This document shows positions 1 to 11,654 of a DNA stretch of 64,000 nt, piece by piece. Where the stretch lies: NCBI GenBank assembly GCA_030141605.1, contig JAQGDQ010000494.1:1-64000 (forward strand), written 5' to 3'. Position 1 is the first letter of the stretch; every line of letters starts with the position of its first letter. This DNA is from Tubiluchus corallicola. Its lineage: Eukaryota > Animalia > Priapulida. The notes under the pieces were generated by a model that saw only the letters and a list, made by a program, of their open reading frames with translations, was not told where the DNA came from and did no database searches. The position numbers and the translations under genes were made by a program.

Positions 1-885
1 CATCACACCACACTGCACCACACCATACCACTGCACTGCGCCACCCACACACCACACCACACCACCCACACCAAAATACTCCACCACATCACACCGCACT
101 GCACCACAACACCAACCCACCCACACACCACGCCACCCACCTCCATACCACACTACCCACACCACCATCATCATCATCATCATCAACATCATGATCACCA
201 TGTGAGGTGGTGGATTTGATGTGGTGTGGTGGTGGTGTGCTTTGTGTGTTGTGCTATGGATGGTGTGGTGGGGTGATAAGGTGTGTGGGGTGTGGTGTGG
301 GTAGTGTGGTATGGAGTGGGTGGCGTGGTGTGTGGGTGGGTTGGTGTTGTGGTGCAGTGCGGTGTGATGTGGTGGAGTATTTTGGTGTGGGTGGTGTGGT
401 GTGGTGTGTGGGTGGTGCAGTGCAGTGGTATGGTGTGGTGCAGTGTGGTGTGATGTGGTGGAGTCGTATGGTGTGGGTGATGTGGTGTGGTAGGTGCGGT
501 GTGTTGCAGTGGTATGGTGTGGTGCAGTGTGGTGTGGTGTGATGTAGTGGAGTGGTATGGTGTGGGTGGTGTGGTGTGTAGGTGGGTGGGTGGTGTGGTG
601 CAGTGTGGTGTTATGGTGTGGTGCTGTGCGGTGTGATGTGGTGGAGTATTATGGTGTGGGTGGTGTGGTGTGGTGCGTGGGTGGTGCAGTGGTATGGTGT
701 GGTGCAGTGTGGTGTGATGTGGTGGAGTGGTATGGTGTGGGTGGTGTGGTGTGTAGGTGGTATGGTGTGGTGTGGTGCACTGTGGTGGTATTGTGTGGTG
801 CAGTGTGGTGCGATGAGGTGGAGTGGTATGGTGTGGTGGAGTGTGGTGTGATGAGGTGGAGTGGTGTGGTGTGGGTTGTGTGTTG
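1..885. repeat. Low-complexity (GTG/GTGTG-rich) degenerate tandem repeat with an inverted arm at 1-167
   Basis: CAC-rich 1-167 is the near-exact reverse complement of about 293-455; the GTG-rich tract continues to about 885. The ORFs here are repeat artefacts. Confidence 0.9.
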
Positions 886-921
886 ATTTGTGCACAAAAT
901 TCTTTTTGTGGGGTTTGGCTA

Positions 922-1045
<124 letters not shown>

Positions 1046-1431
1046 TATTGCTGAAAATGTTACAGCAGCCAATTTTATTTGTTTTCAGGAAAGATAAAGT
1101 CTCTGTCCATATAACCTACTTGTGATATTAAATTATAAGCTGCCGGTTCGACTGTATTAAATCCTAAGCATCTTTGCCCTACAAATAGAAGGCAGCACCC
1201 GTACATATTGTATATAAACAAGCACATTTGTGCTGCTACTACTACAGTACAGTACAATTGTTGTAATTTATACTGTACTGCACTTGCACAGTGGGTATAA
1301 TATTTGATTCATCTTGCATTATGTTATGACACAACATGATGCTGTGGATGGAGCTTTACTAACAGTGAACTATAAAAAATGAATAAAGTCGCTGATTTTA
1401 CCTTACTTTATATAACTTTTGGCCCTCAACT

Positions 1432-1507
1432 TACCTTGCCTTGCCTTGCCTTGTCTTGTCTTGTCTTGTCTTGCCTTGCCTTGCCTTGCCTTGCCTTGCC
1501 TTGCCTT
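1432..1507. repeat. (CCTTG/TCTTG)n pentanucleotide microsatellite
   Basis: Directly visible. Confidence 0.95.
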
Positions 1508-1584
1508 ACTTAATCTACTTAATCTAGTTACCTTGCCTAGCCTTACCTTACTTAATCTAGTTACCTTACCTTAGTTTGAATTTT

Positions 1585-2165
1585 AACCTTGACCAGTTTG
1601 CTGCTTAGTTAAGGCTGGTCAGTGTGCTGATTAACACTGGTCGGTTAGCTACTTATTCATGGTAAGATTGTAATCAATGTGCTTATTAACTGGGCACTGA
1701 GTTTCTAAAACCTGGTCAAGTTGCTTCTTTACCGTGGTCAGCAATTTTGTTCTCAGCTTGGTCAGTTTGTTTCTTGTCATTTTCATTGTGCTTCTCAACT
1801 TTGTTCACTTAGCTCGTTAACTTGATCAGGTTATTTATTAACCTGGTCAGTTTGCTTCTTAGTTCTGGTCGGTTTGTTTGCTAACACTAGTTCATCTTTT
1901 GTTCTTACATTTCGTTGCTTAACCATATCCAGTTAGCTTTTTAACTTTTCTTGCTTAATCTTCATCAGTTTGGATCTTAACTTGGTCGATTTGCTTTTTA
2001 ACCTGGTCAGTCTGTTTCTTAGCCTGGCCATTTTGTTTCTTAGCCTGGTCAGTTTGCTTGTTAATTTGTTCAAGGTTCATTTTGTTTCTTAACCGATGTC
2101 ATTGTTCTGAACCTTGATAATTTAGCTCCTTAACCTGATGAAATTCCTTAACCTGGTCAGTTACA
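1585..2165 (+). repeat. Degenerate ~22-23 bp tandem repeat (ttaacctggtcagtttgcttc) ending just upstream of the 2188 acceptor
   Basis: Recurrent taacctggtcag / ttgcttctt motifs at roughly 22-bp spacing. Confidence 0.75.
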
Positions 2166-2187
2166 TGGTCACATAAAATTTTATCAG

Positions 2188-2384
2188 GTTTGAGTATAGA
2201 ATGCGTTGATTTCAACACGTCATACTACAGTGGGGAAACGGAAGTGTTTCCGGAAGAGGTTACCACGGAAGGACCACCCCCCGAGGCTGGAACAATGGCA
2301 TGGTTTCCCAAACGAGGCATCATCGATTACATAAAAATACACGATCTCTTTACACAGGATATGCAACAGGTTACGGTGTGTCAG
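2188..2384 (+). CDS. Pentraxin-domain protein, exon (LSIECVDF...WFPKRGIIDYIKIHDLFTQDMQQVTVCQ)
   Basis: tttatcag acceptor and cag|gtaaaa donor; ends phase 0 and joins WLK in the next exon (pentraxin TVCxWxK motif). Confidence 0.85.
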
Positions 2385-2650
2385 GTAAAAAGCAAAATAC
2401 GCAAGTTTCTCTGAGGTTACAATGTGTCAAATAAAAAGCAAAATATGCAACCTTTTCAGAGGTTGCTGTGTGTCACGTAAAGAGCAAAATGTGCAAGCTT
2501 GACTGGGATTACAATGTGTCAAATAAAAAGCAAAATCTGCAACCTTGACTGAGGTTACAATGTGTAGGGTAAAAAGCAAAATATGCAAGCTTGTTTGAGG
2601 TTACAATGTGTCAAATAAAAAGCAAAATATGCAGACTTATCTGAGATGAA
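2361..2650 (+). repeat. 46-bp minisatellite (~6 copies) whose first unit is the exon end plus donor
   Basis: ggttac..tgtgtca..taaaaagcaaaatatgcaa repeats at 2369, 2415, 2461, 2507, 2553, 2599. Confidence 0.88.
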
Positions 2651-2989
2651 TTCTGTCAGATATAAGCTAAAATTCAGCTAAATCGTTTTAAAATAGAGCT
2701 TTACATAACAATAATCAGCTAAATTTTAGCTTACATCAGACAGGCTCACCTCAGACAAGTTTGCATATTTTGCTTCACTAACAGTATCACTTCTCTATAT
2801 ATTCAAACCGTGCTAGTAAAACCCGATTCACACTTCACCATTAACCTGGGACAAGCTCAAAGTCAGGTAAAGGCCTTACAATTAATCCCCTCCGTCTGTC
2901 TTGAACCTCCCATCTTCTATGTGAACATGGAATCCTGGTGAAATTCAAGGACACATAGTCAATCTCTTTAGCTGAAAGGTCTGTCATTA

Positions 2990-3510
2990 TTAAAGGAAAA
3001 CCGGACGATTGTTTAGACTCAATCTCATTTTAATTTACTGTCCAAAATATAAGTTTACTTGCCTGTAAAAGTTAACAATTGTTCCTTACATTTAAATAAT
3101 AAGCTTAGAAAGGTAATTAACGGCAATCGAACACAGCTATTGCTTACGTAAGAAACTAACCACAGTTTGTGCAATGGCAGGCATCTTCCCTGCGCGTCAA
3201 GCACGTTTGCGTAAGCGAAGATTGCTATAAGATATTGATGTGATGTCACGAAAATGAACCCTACGTCACACAGACGAACACTGCAGTTCATGATCATGCT
3301 TATCATGGTGCCTCGCCTATTTGGCGGCCACGCGAATGTGACAAAAAGGCGCCATGGTCACTCTTAGTTGATTCGCTGAGCCGCGCGTAGCTTTCAAAGT
3401 TTAACGAAATTTAACTATCTGAGGTAATTATTATTTAATCTAAGCACTGATTTAAAAAAACTGTTGTAGTTTTCAATATTTTAGAGCATTCTTTATTCTG
3501 AAGTAATGTT
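2990..3510 (+). mobile_element. Kolobok-like non-autonomous DNA transposon, family B
   Basis: Starts ttaa-aggaaaaccggac; a homologous inverted copy lies at about 37100-37577 and a partial copy at 63765-64000. Superfamily inferred from the TTAA flank and AGG terminus. Confidence 0.6.
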
Positions 3511-4637
3511 TACACAATCTTTATTATTATTATTATTATTATTACATTCAGTACAATATAATGACATTAAGCACACAATGACATCAAAATGTATTAAATT
3601 GGTAAGTTTCATACACAATCGTTATCATAAAAGAATAATTGTACTGCAGTGGGCTAGAGAAGCAAAGGCTTGTATAAGCCCACTGTCATGTGAACCCGAT
3701 AAAAATGGATGAGTGAACAAAAAAAGAACTGGGAGAAAGGTTAGATCACACAGGAAGAGTAGAAGGATTTGTTAGTGGAAATGGTAGGAAGAAAGATAAT
3801 AGATTGCGAGGTTTTCCAGTAAACGAACTTTTTCATCTATTTCTCATCAATCATTTCGTGTCCTATTCTCAAGGAAATGTTGTCTCTGTTTTGGATGTAA
3901 GATAGCCACATGCCAGCCACATCTGCTTTCAAAGCTCTGACACGTACTGCATATATAATACGTTTCACCTCATAATTTTAATGATGGACCCATTGGCTGG
4001 GCCACATCGCAGATCTACCTGTTGTAAAAACAATTGAATTTTAGGCTCTAATATATTCACTATGGTAAAGGAGACATAGCTTTGCATGTTTTGGAAGAGC
4101 ACGAACTGGGCACTCTCTGTCTGTATTTCTCTTGTGAACAATAAACCGCAGCATCTCTGACGCGACAAAGAAAACTGGACACAAGATTCCATTATAATCG
4201 ACAGCAAATGATATTGAGATTGTTGACGGGTTCAGATATTCTTGTCTTCACAGGACTGGCTCTACTATTAGGCGAACTATGCAGTTGCCTTGGCCGCCAA
4301 ATTTTGGGGTAGGAGGGGCGCCAGGGTCTGTAAGAAACTTTGTAATTTTAAATTTAGCATAAGTAATAACCTAATGCACGTGAAATTGCTTAAAAGTATA
4401 CTTCACAAATTAAATGAAACAAAAACTTCGATTTACCTTCCTGTCAAAATGTTTGAGTCATGCATGGAAGTCATGGACGCTAGCAAATGTCTTCCTGGAG
4501 CAAAACACTTTCTACTTTTGGTTTAGCTGGTTTTCTGAGATTTAGTCATTTCCCGCAGATACCCAGGTCGAACAATGGCGTCGTAAATTCAATTAACGCA
4601 AGCTGTAGATAGGCAATTGACTACTCTTAATGCTGTA

Positions 4638-5132
4638 CAGTGGACTCTCGTTACAAGAATCACACGTATAAGAATCAGCTCGATATAAGAATCAAAATCG
4701 CGTTTCCCGAATTGATTCGGCATTTTCCTAGTGAAAATCCGCTCGTATAAGAATCACCCTTCTTTCGATAGTAGAATCAATTTTGGCGCCAACTCCATTG
4801 TCTCTCACGCCCTGCTTACAAGGTTCTGCGCAGTGGGCGTGGCGGAAAAAAAATTATGTGCATTAAAAAATTTTTAAGGCAATTCTCGCATCATGAAATA
4901 TTTACCCAACCATGAAATGAAAACATTAGTCTAGTAATTTTTAGGTCCTTTTTAGGCCAGAAAAACATTATGCTGTTTCATGTCGTTTCTAGCGTAATTT
5001 CGGAAAATAAACAATTTTTATGTGCATAAAATTTTTTTAAAGCAATTCTGTGTCATGCTCGTTATAAGAATCGCTTGTTATAAGAATCACTTTGCCTTCT
5101 CCCGAGGTGATTCTTATAACGAGAGTCCACTG
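4638..5132. mobile_element. Tc1/mariner (pogo/Tigger-type) MITE
   Basis: TIRs cagtggactctcgtta(c/t)aagaatcac / gtgattcttataacgagagtccactg flanked by TA; the 3' half recurs at 10710-11009. Confidence 0.88.
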
Positions 5133-5439
5133 TACATGTATAAACCTAACACGCAGTTACCATTATATTCTATTATTTGTAAATTTTAATATTCCGAGCT
5201 ATGATGATATTACATAAAACATAACAGGATCGTTTATATATGGGCCGAACAGAACTACCTAATGATACAATAGATAAATTGTACGTTTACTCTGCATATC
5301 ACAATTCTGTTATATGGATTAACAAATAATTGTCTTTCTATCTTTTATATCATTTCATATATGAGCTTCATTCATTACATCATTCCATTTTAAGCACTAA
5401 TGTTTTTTTTATCACGATTCACTTTAAATTTTCAGATTA

Positions 5440-5680
5440 TTTTCATTACTTTTTTTGTATCACTGTGTGGGACAATCTAACAAGCCCTGCTTTTTGATTG
5501 CCCGCAACACATTTACCTTCGTATATAGGTGAACAGTGTTTGAGGCTTTTCCTGTGCAGTATTTCTTATTTGTATTATGTTCATTGTAGGCCCTTTCACT
5601 AGATATTGTATATGTAACCATTGTAAATGTGTAATATGAAATAAATGACTTATGACTTATATGGTACAAATTATGTTTTG
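5440..5680. repeat. Dispersed repeat; inverted copy at about 57660-57900
   Basis: cactgtgtgggacaatctaacaagccctgctttttgattgcccgc matches the reverse complement of 57830-57882. Confidence 0.75.
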
Positions 5681-5909
5681 TATTATGAAATCAACATCTT
5701 TTACCATTTTGAAGGACTTTTATTGGATTTTATACCTCTGCATACTGTATTTTTTAGTGATGTGTCTTGTGTTTTTATGTTTTGTAGACACACTGGTTTG
5801 TGTGTATGTGTGTATAGATGAAAATATTTTATTAATTTCTATCATAATTTTGTGGTGTGGTTGATTGTTTTTTCACCGTCTAATGAAGTGCAACAATTCG
5901 TTTTTGCAG

Positions 5910-6049
5910 TGGCTAAAGATAGAGACAAATGAAACCAATGTCATACTTTTTTCATATGATATCCGAGTAGATGGAACGGAACGTGACAACGAATTCATGG
6001 TGATGACTTCTGATGATGATATCAATATCTGGGTAGGAGGTTTATCGAC
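5910..6049 (+). CDS. Pentraxin-domain protein, exon (WLKIETNETNVILFSYDIRVDGTERDNEFMV...WVGGLS)
   Basis: ttttgcag acceptor and ac|gtaagt donor; LFSY and DNE pentraxin motifs. Confidence 0.9.
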
Positions 6050-6407
6050 GTAAGTAAGCTAACTTTATTATTGATTTTAATTCAGCAAGGGAGAGATGTA
6101 ATACGATAAAAAAGCCATTGCATTCTTATTTGGAGAGCCGCCATGCTCTCTCAATGCGAACCCAAACCTAAAACGAAATGACACATCGCTGACACCAGGA
6201 ATATTAAGCTGTCTTACTCCAGCTGGGATAAAAGAATTCAGAAATCTGTTAGTTTTGCAAATAGGACTTTTATACCTGACAGATTCCAGTTTGGCAAAAC
6301 TTGATGTGAAAAGGTAAAATGAGCCATTAATAATAATAGACTTTGATTTTTGATTGTTTTTTAAAGGATCTTCCAGATTAGGTACTTCACTGTCATATAT
6401 ATATATG

Positions 6408-6530
6408 TCATATCATATCATATCATATCATATCATATCATATCATATCATATCATATCATATCATATCATATCATATCATATCATATCATATCATATCA
6501 TATCATATCATATCATATATCATATCATAT
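6408..6530. repeat. (ATATC)n microsatellite
   Basis: Directly visible. Confidence 0.97.
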
Positions 6531-6694
6531 ATTAATGATAGTCATTTACCTGTATTTAATAATAAGGAAGTCAATGGTGTATTAACCAGTCAATTGTCTT
6601 TTTTGTGATTCTATTTTTAATACTGTGCCAATGGTCTAAATTTTAATTTTCTCTTTTTATTTTGTTTTTACTTCAATTTTTTTACTACTGGCAC

Positions 6695-6962
6695 TTAGAA
6701 ACATTTATAGTTAAAACACCACAACTTTATTTAAACTTTTAATTTACATAGTTAAAAAATCATGTCAAACGTTTCGACAGAGCTACTGCTGTCATTATCA
6801 GTGGCAATTTTTTACAAACATACAACCAGTTTATATAGACAGAGCCTGCAAACAGTGAACTATGCATTAATTTAGTGCATAATTTACTGTATCAATTTCC
6901 TTTCTACTTATCTGCTTAATCATTGCCTATTTGGCTTCTGTTAAATACACAATTAGTGCATA
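6695..6962 (-). mobile_element. Penelope-like retroelement terminal-repeat remnant
   Basis: Homologous to 7820-7976 (inverted) and 36123-36500; contains a degenerate hammerhead motif (core CTGATAA). Confidence 0.65.
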
Positions 6963-6963
6963 A

Positions 6964-7812
6964 CTAGCAAAGGCCCCGCAAAAGATTTTGCGTAAAAAAC
7001 CACGTATAAGCAATAACACGCGAACATCCTACACAGTCCTCATGTATAACGCAAAGCCCGTAACATCCTGCCTACTTACCTAACGCAAAACCTGTACTCG
7101 TGCCTACTGTATGTTTAACTAACGCAAAGCAGCTTTTTGCTGAATTAAAGTTATAGAGACAGAGTACAATGGATGACGTCAGCACAATGGAATGCGGTCA
7201 ACACGGTTTTCTAAGCGAAAAATGTCGAAATTTGCGGAAATTAAAACACGTAATTAACTCGTTGATACTCCTCTCGGTGGACCTGCCTTAACATATACCC
7301 CACATCATCGTGTAGCCCTGTCCTTCCTCTTTCTGATGAGCTATATATCTCATTCCTAGAGTCCCACCGGGCGACGCTAGAACGTTTTTCCCGCATGCTG
7401 TTTGGTCAAAATTTCGAAAAAATCGCGAGTTGGGTCCGGGAAAACGCCCGTTGCGGGGCGCCTTGGCCCTCTCGGAAATTCTAAATATGCCTACTACACC
7501 CACCACTGAACGGGCTATCTATTCATACCCAGTACCCCCCTCGGCCCGTTCCCGTTCTCTACATCTCAGCCGTATAACTTTTGCAAAAAACGGCCGAAAA
7601 AGGGCCATTTTTGGGGGTTTTTCGCCTCCCCCTCCTCCCGGTGGGCCCGATTCGAAAAATAAACCATCAATGGCACGACACTAGATCGAGACCTTTCGTT
7701 TGATATATAGATCGCCGCAAGTGGTGCCCTCGTCCGGGCTGTAGCCTCGAATCTTATATATATATATAAATAAATTAAGCCCATACCAAGAATATTAATA
7801 TAAGAGTATAGA
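6964..7812 (-). mobile_element. Non-autonomous Helitron
   Basis: On the - strand: A|TC at the 5' end (7813/7812), CTAG|T at the 3' end (6964-6967), and a perfect hairpin cgcaaaa-ga-ttttgcg about 10 nt from the 3' end; no TSD. Confidence 0.82.
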
Positions 7813-7819
7813 TGTTCGA

Positions 7820-7976
7820 TGCTGTAGGCTCTGCCTATTTAAACTGGTTGTATGTTTGTAAAAATTTACCACTGATGATGACAGCAGTAGCTTTGTCGAA
7901 ACGTTTGACATGATTTCTAACTATGTAAATTAAAAGTTATAATAAAAGTTGTGGTGCTTTAACTATACATGTTTTT
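7820..7976 (+). mobile_element. Penelope-like retroelement terminal-repeat remnant
   Basis: Reverse-complement match to about 6700-6850; carries a hammerhead motif. Confidence 0.65.
7867..7910 (+). ncRNA. Minimal (Penelope-type) hammerhead ribozyme motif
   Basis: acca-CTGATGA-t-gaca(g)..(t)tgtc-GAAA-cgtt-tgac: catalytic core boxes, helix II and the self-complementary AAACGTTT; helix I is imperfect. Confidence 0.6.
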
Positions 7977-8194
7977 GCTTGCTTTTGTTGTAAATTATGT
8001 ACGTAACAAATGGTATTACTATAAAACCATACACTTAGATGTCGTTATGCAACATGGCGCCTATTTTTTCCTAACGACAAATTATAGAACTTATGACAGA
8101 AATGGCGCCCAATTTATTCTCTCCTCTCATCGCCTACATTCCATCTTTGTTCATATAACCTTCTCTACTCTTTCACATTGTAAGTGGTGACATG

Positions 8195-8783
8195 TTAAAG
8201 GAGAACAGGATGATTTTTCAATTCTCCCAAATTTTTCGAGTACGGTATGAAGCATACATTTTATCACCAATAATACTCGAAAAGCATTTCTGATAGTAGT
8301 TAATAAATCAAAATCTTAATTAACGGCGGACGAGCTTATTATTGCAATGGAACATAATTTTCCATAGCAGAAATATTCCACGCAAAAATGTTTCACGTGT
8401 TTGTGAAAGCGAAAATTGAAGTACAGTGCTACTGTAAGATATTCAATGTGTTGTACTTAAGACAAAAATTCAATGTCAAATTTACCGATGTGCTCGCGCA
8501 TGAGCTCTCGAACGTGTGCAGTGCATCACAAACGAAAACCTGTGAACCGAGGGGTACAGCACCTGTTTTTGTGCAACGCGTTTCCGAAATCTAGTGCCCG
8601 TCTAATTAGCGAAATACATGTAACAGCGAAGAACTAGTGATGCAAATGCGAAATTGTGTTTGTCTGGTAATAATTCTTTCACGTAAGTCATTTATAAAAA
8701 AATATTATGGTATGTTTCCTTTCAATATTTTAAAGAGCAGATTGTTTTGACCTACAGTTTAAGATTGGGTCCGGTTTTTCTTC
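8195..8783 (+). mobile_element. Kolobok-like non-autonomous DNA transposon, family A
   Basis: ttaa-aggagaacaggatgatttttc ... ggtccggttttttct; four more copies in the window. Confidence 0.7.
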
Positions 8784-8904
8784 GATAACTAGAGAAATTG
8801 GTCGTTACACATTTTTATCCTATTGGATTATAGGAAAGGATTTTAAGCTTGAGCATTAGTTGTTTACCGTACATACATGGCAAATTATTTCATTTGATTT
8901 TCAG

Positions 8905-9014
8905 ACAAGCCACGGGTGCACGGGCTCCTTTCAAAGACAACCAGTGGCATTATATTTGCTTTGGCGTTGATTTGACTGCAAACACGTACACAGTGGTTGT
9001 GGATAACATGATAA
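8905..9014 (+). CDS. Pentraxin-domain protein, exon (QATGARAPFKDNQWHYICFGVDLTANTYTVVVDNMI)
   Basis: ttttcag acceptor and a|gtaagt donor; phases 2 to 1 match both neighbours; WHxIC motif. Confidence 0.9.
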
Positions 9015-9577
9015 GTAAGTTTTAATAATTAAACATACAAAATGTAGTGCTAAAGTGCGTACACAGTGGTTGTGGATAACACGATAAGTAAGTTTTAATA
9101 ATTAAACATACAAAATGTAGTGCTAAAGTGTGAGTACACAGTGCTTGTGGATAACATGATAAGTAAGTTTCAATAATTAAACATACAAAATGTAGTGCTA
9201 AAGTGAGTACACAGTGGTTGTGGATAACATGATAAGTAAGTTTTAATAATTAAACATACAAAATGTAGTGCTAAAGTGCGTACACAGTGGTTGTGGATAA
9301 CATGATAAGTAAGTTTTAATAATTAAACATACAAAATGTAGTGCTAAAGTGAGTACACAGTGGTTGTGGATAATATGGTGAGTAAGTTTTAATAATTAAA
9401 CATATTCAAAAATGTAGTGCTAAAGTGAGTACACAGTAGCTGTGGATAATATGGTGAGTAAGTTTTAATAATTAAACATATACAAAAATGTAGTGCTAAA
9501 GTGAGTACACAGTGCTTGTGGATAACGTGATAAGTAAGTTTTAATAATTAAACATACAAAATGTAGTGCTAAAGTGA
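8986..9577 (+). repeat. ~73-bp minisatellite, 8 copies, each = last 29 nt of the exon + GTAAGT donor + intron start
   Basis: gtacacagtggttgtggataacatgataagtaagttttaataattaaacatacaaaatgtagtgctaaagtg repeated. Confidence 0.95.
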
Positions 9578-10289
9578 AAGTAAAAACACGTGGCGGCAGG
9601 ACCGGTAATTCAACTCAATTCAGTTCAATTCAATAGGTTTATTTCGCAATAAACAAGTTCTTGTACATCACAAGTACACTAGTAATTAATTTGTGTCAAT
9701 ACAATAAAATTAGGATATAATTCATGTATTCCGCACTAGAGACCTGAGAACTAGCTTACGTTAGGTCATAGGTTAAGTGTATCAGACAACACATTTGTGT
9801 ACACTTGACAACGCCTCGCAGCCCATGCTATTGTAACAGTAATTAAGAAAAGAGGCAAAATGCTAGCAATGGAACTACGAATAAACACTTTTACTTGTGC
9901 CATACTGGTGTTGCCTCGGCAATATTCATTCATGCTTGGAAGTGGTGCTGACAAGCGACTGGCATAGCAGTGTCTAGTTTTTTTATAGATAACTGCTGTG
10001 TTTACCTGTCTTGAACGCAGATTTCTTTTATTTTAGAATTTTACCTGCCCAATGTCTATACTAGACGTAATGGGCATATGATGATGATGGTGATGATGAC
10101 AATGATGACGATGTCGATGATGATGATGATGATGATGACGATATTCATTCAGTTTGCATTTCATATGAATAAATGCAGACATTTTCTTTTCAACATGGAA
10201 TAGATAATCTGGAATTTTGATCATATTATTTACAATAACAGCAATATTTCAATCGCTGGCCTAATTTGAAATCAGAGTCTAACGGGAAT

Positions 10290-10595
10290 CGAAGATGACC
10301 ATAGTGACAGGGATAAAAGGTCAGTTTGGGGGGTTGTCATTCCTTTGATGAGCTCGATGGTGACTGACTAGGCCAATTCTGGCCTGGAAACTTCTTTGGC
10401 ATTTGGCACAGGTGAGGCTGGGTGTTTGAACCTGTTGTTGGGCAGTGTCACATGCCTTGCGTCTCCTGCGCTTCTCCTCTGCCTCCTCAATTCCTTTCGC
10501 CTCTGCTGTCTTAGCCCCTGAGGTGATGGCACTCCGCCATGCCGAGCGATCTTGTGCAAGGGTTTCCATTGAGCGGATATCCATTGTATCCATAA
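10290..10595 (-). mobile_element. RTE-clade LINE 3' end remnant
   Basis: Translation AQDRSAWRSAI...EEKRRRRK...CAKCQRSFQARIGLVSHHRAH is typical of the C-terminus of RTE-type ORF2. Confidence 0.75.
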
Positions 10596-10709
10596 TTGTA
10601 CGCGGAATTTGTACGTAAATCGAATTTACTGGATAAGTGTTTTTGCAGCTAGACAGTTAGTGTTCAGCTTTATCGAAATAAATATAATAGAAAGAGTCAT
10701 CAATCATCA

Positions 10710-11009
10710 GCAGTGGGCGTGGCGGAAAAAAATTATGTGCATTAAAATTTTTTAAGGCAATTCTGGCATCATGAAATATTTACCCAACCATGAAATGAAA
10801 ACATTAGTCTAGTAATTTTAGGACCTTTTTAGGCCAGAAAAACATTATGCTGTTTCATGTCGTTTCTAGCGTAATTTCGGGACATAAATAATTTTTATGT
10901 GCATAAAAATTTTTTAAAGCAATTCTGTGTCATGCTCGTTATAAGAATCGCTTGTTATAAGAATCACTTTGCCTTCTCCCGAGGTGATTCTTATAACGAG
11001 AGTCCACTG
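10710..11009. mobile_element. Truncated copy of the 4638-5132 MITE, embedded in another TA-flanked element ending at about 11341
   Basis: Near-identical to 4830-5132, including the right TIR and TA. Confidence 0.8.
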
Positions 11010-11452
11010 TACTACATTTCGTTTTTGGTGTGTATTCCTCCGCAGAACAAATGCACTATTTACTGTAAATGGTAATTTTTATGATTTGTAATATTCTTTT
11101 AATGTCAGAATTAATATTTTTAATATATTTTTATACGTTTTGTGATTTTTTACGCAAATTCAAATCTATACATTACTGTACAATACGTACTACGCATGTG
11201 CAAACATACTTTAGTCGGAGTACCGCAAAAACCCGCGAAACAGCGAAAATACCGCGTTAAATATTTTACATTAGTATTTTTGAAAACCCGCGAAACAGCG
11301 AGTCCGCGATAAATGAACCGCGAAGTAGTCAGGGAACACTGTATATTGTAATGTATGTAACAATGCATTATATTATGCCATATATAATAATTATGGCATA
11401 CTGGAAATAAACGAAACTAAACTACCAAAACTTGCAAATCTTGAACTTGCAG

Positions 11453-11638
11453 ATCAAGGGGACGGTAACTGGGGTTCGGTCAACGAGATTAGATCGACCA
11501 TGGATCCAGAAGATAGATGTGCGATACTGGGTCAGGACCAGACACAAGTTGGAACGGGATTTACACTGTCCCAGAGCTTTGTGGGAATGATGACAAACGT
11601 GGTAATCTTCGACAGCCTACTAACCACCGGCGAAATAG
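11453..11638 (+). CDS. Pentraxin-domain protein, exon (QGDGNW...AILGQDQTQVGTGFTLSQSFVGMMTNVVIFDSLLTTGEI)
   Basis: ttgcag acceptor and g|gtgagt donor; strong pentraxin LGQxQ..GF...QSFVG motif. Confidence 0.92.
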
Positions 11639-11654
11639 GTGAGTTCTTCAAAGT

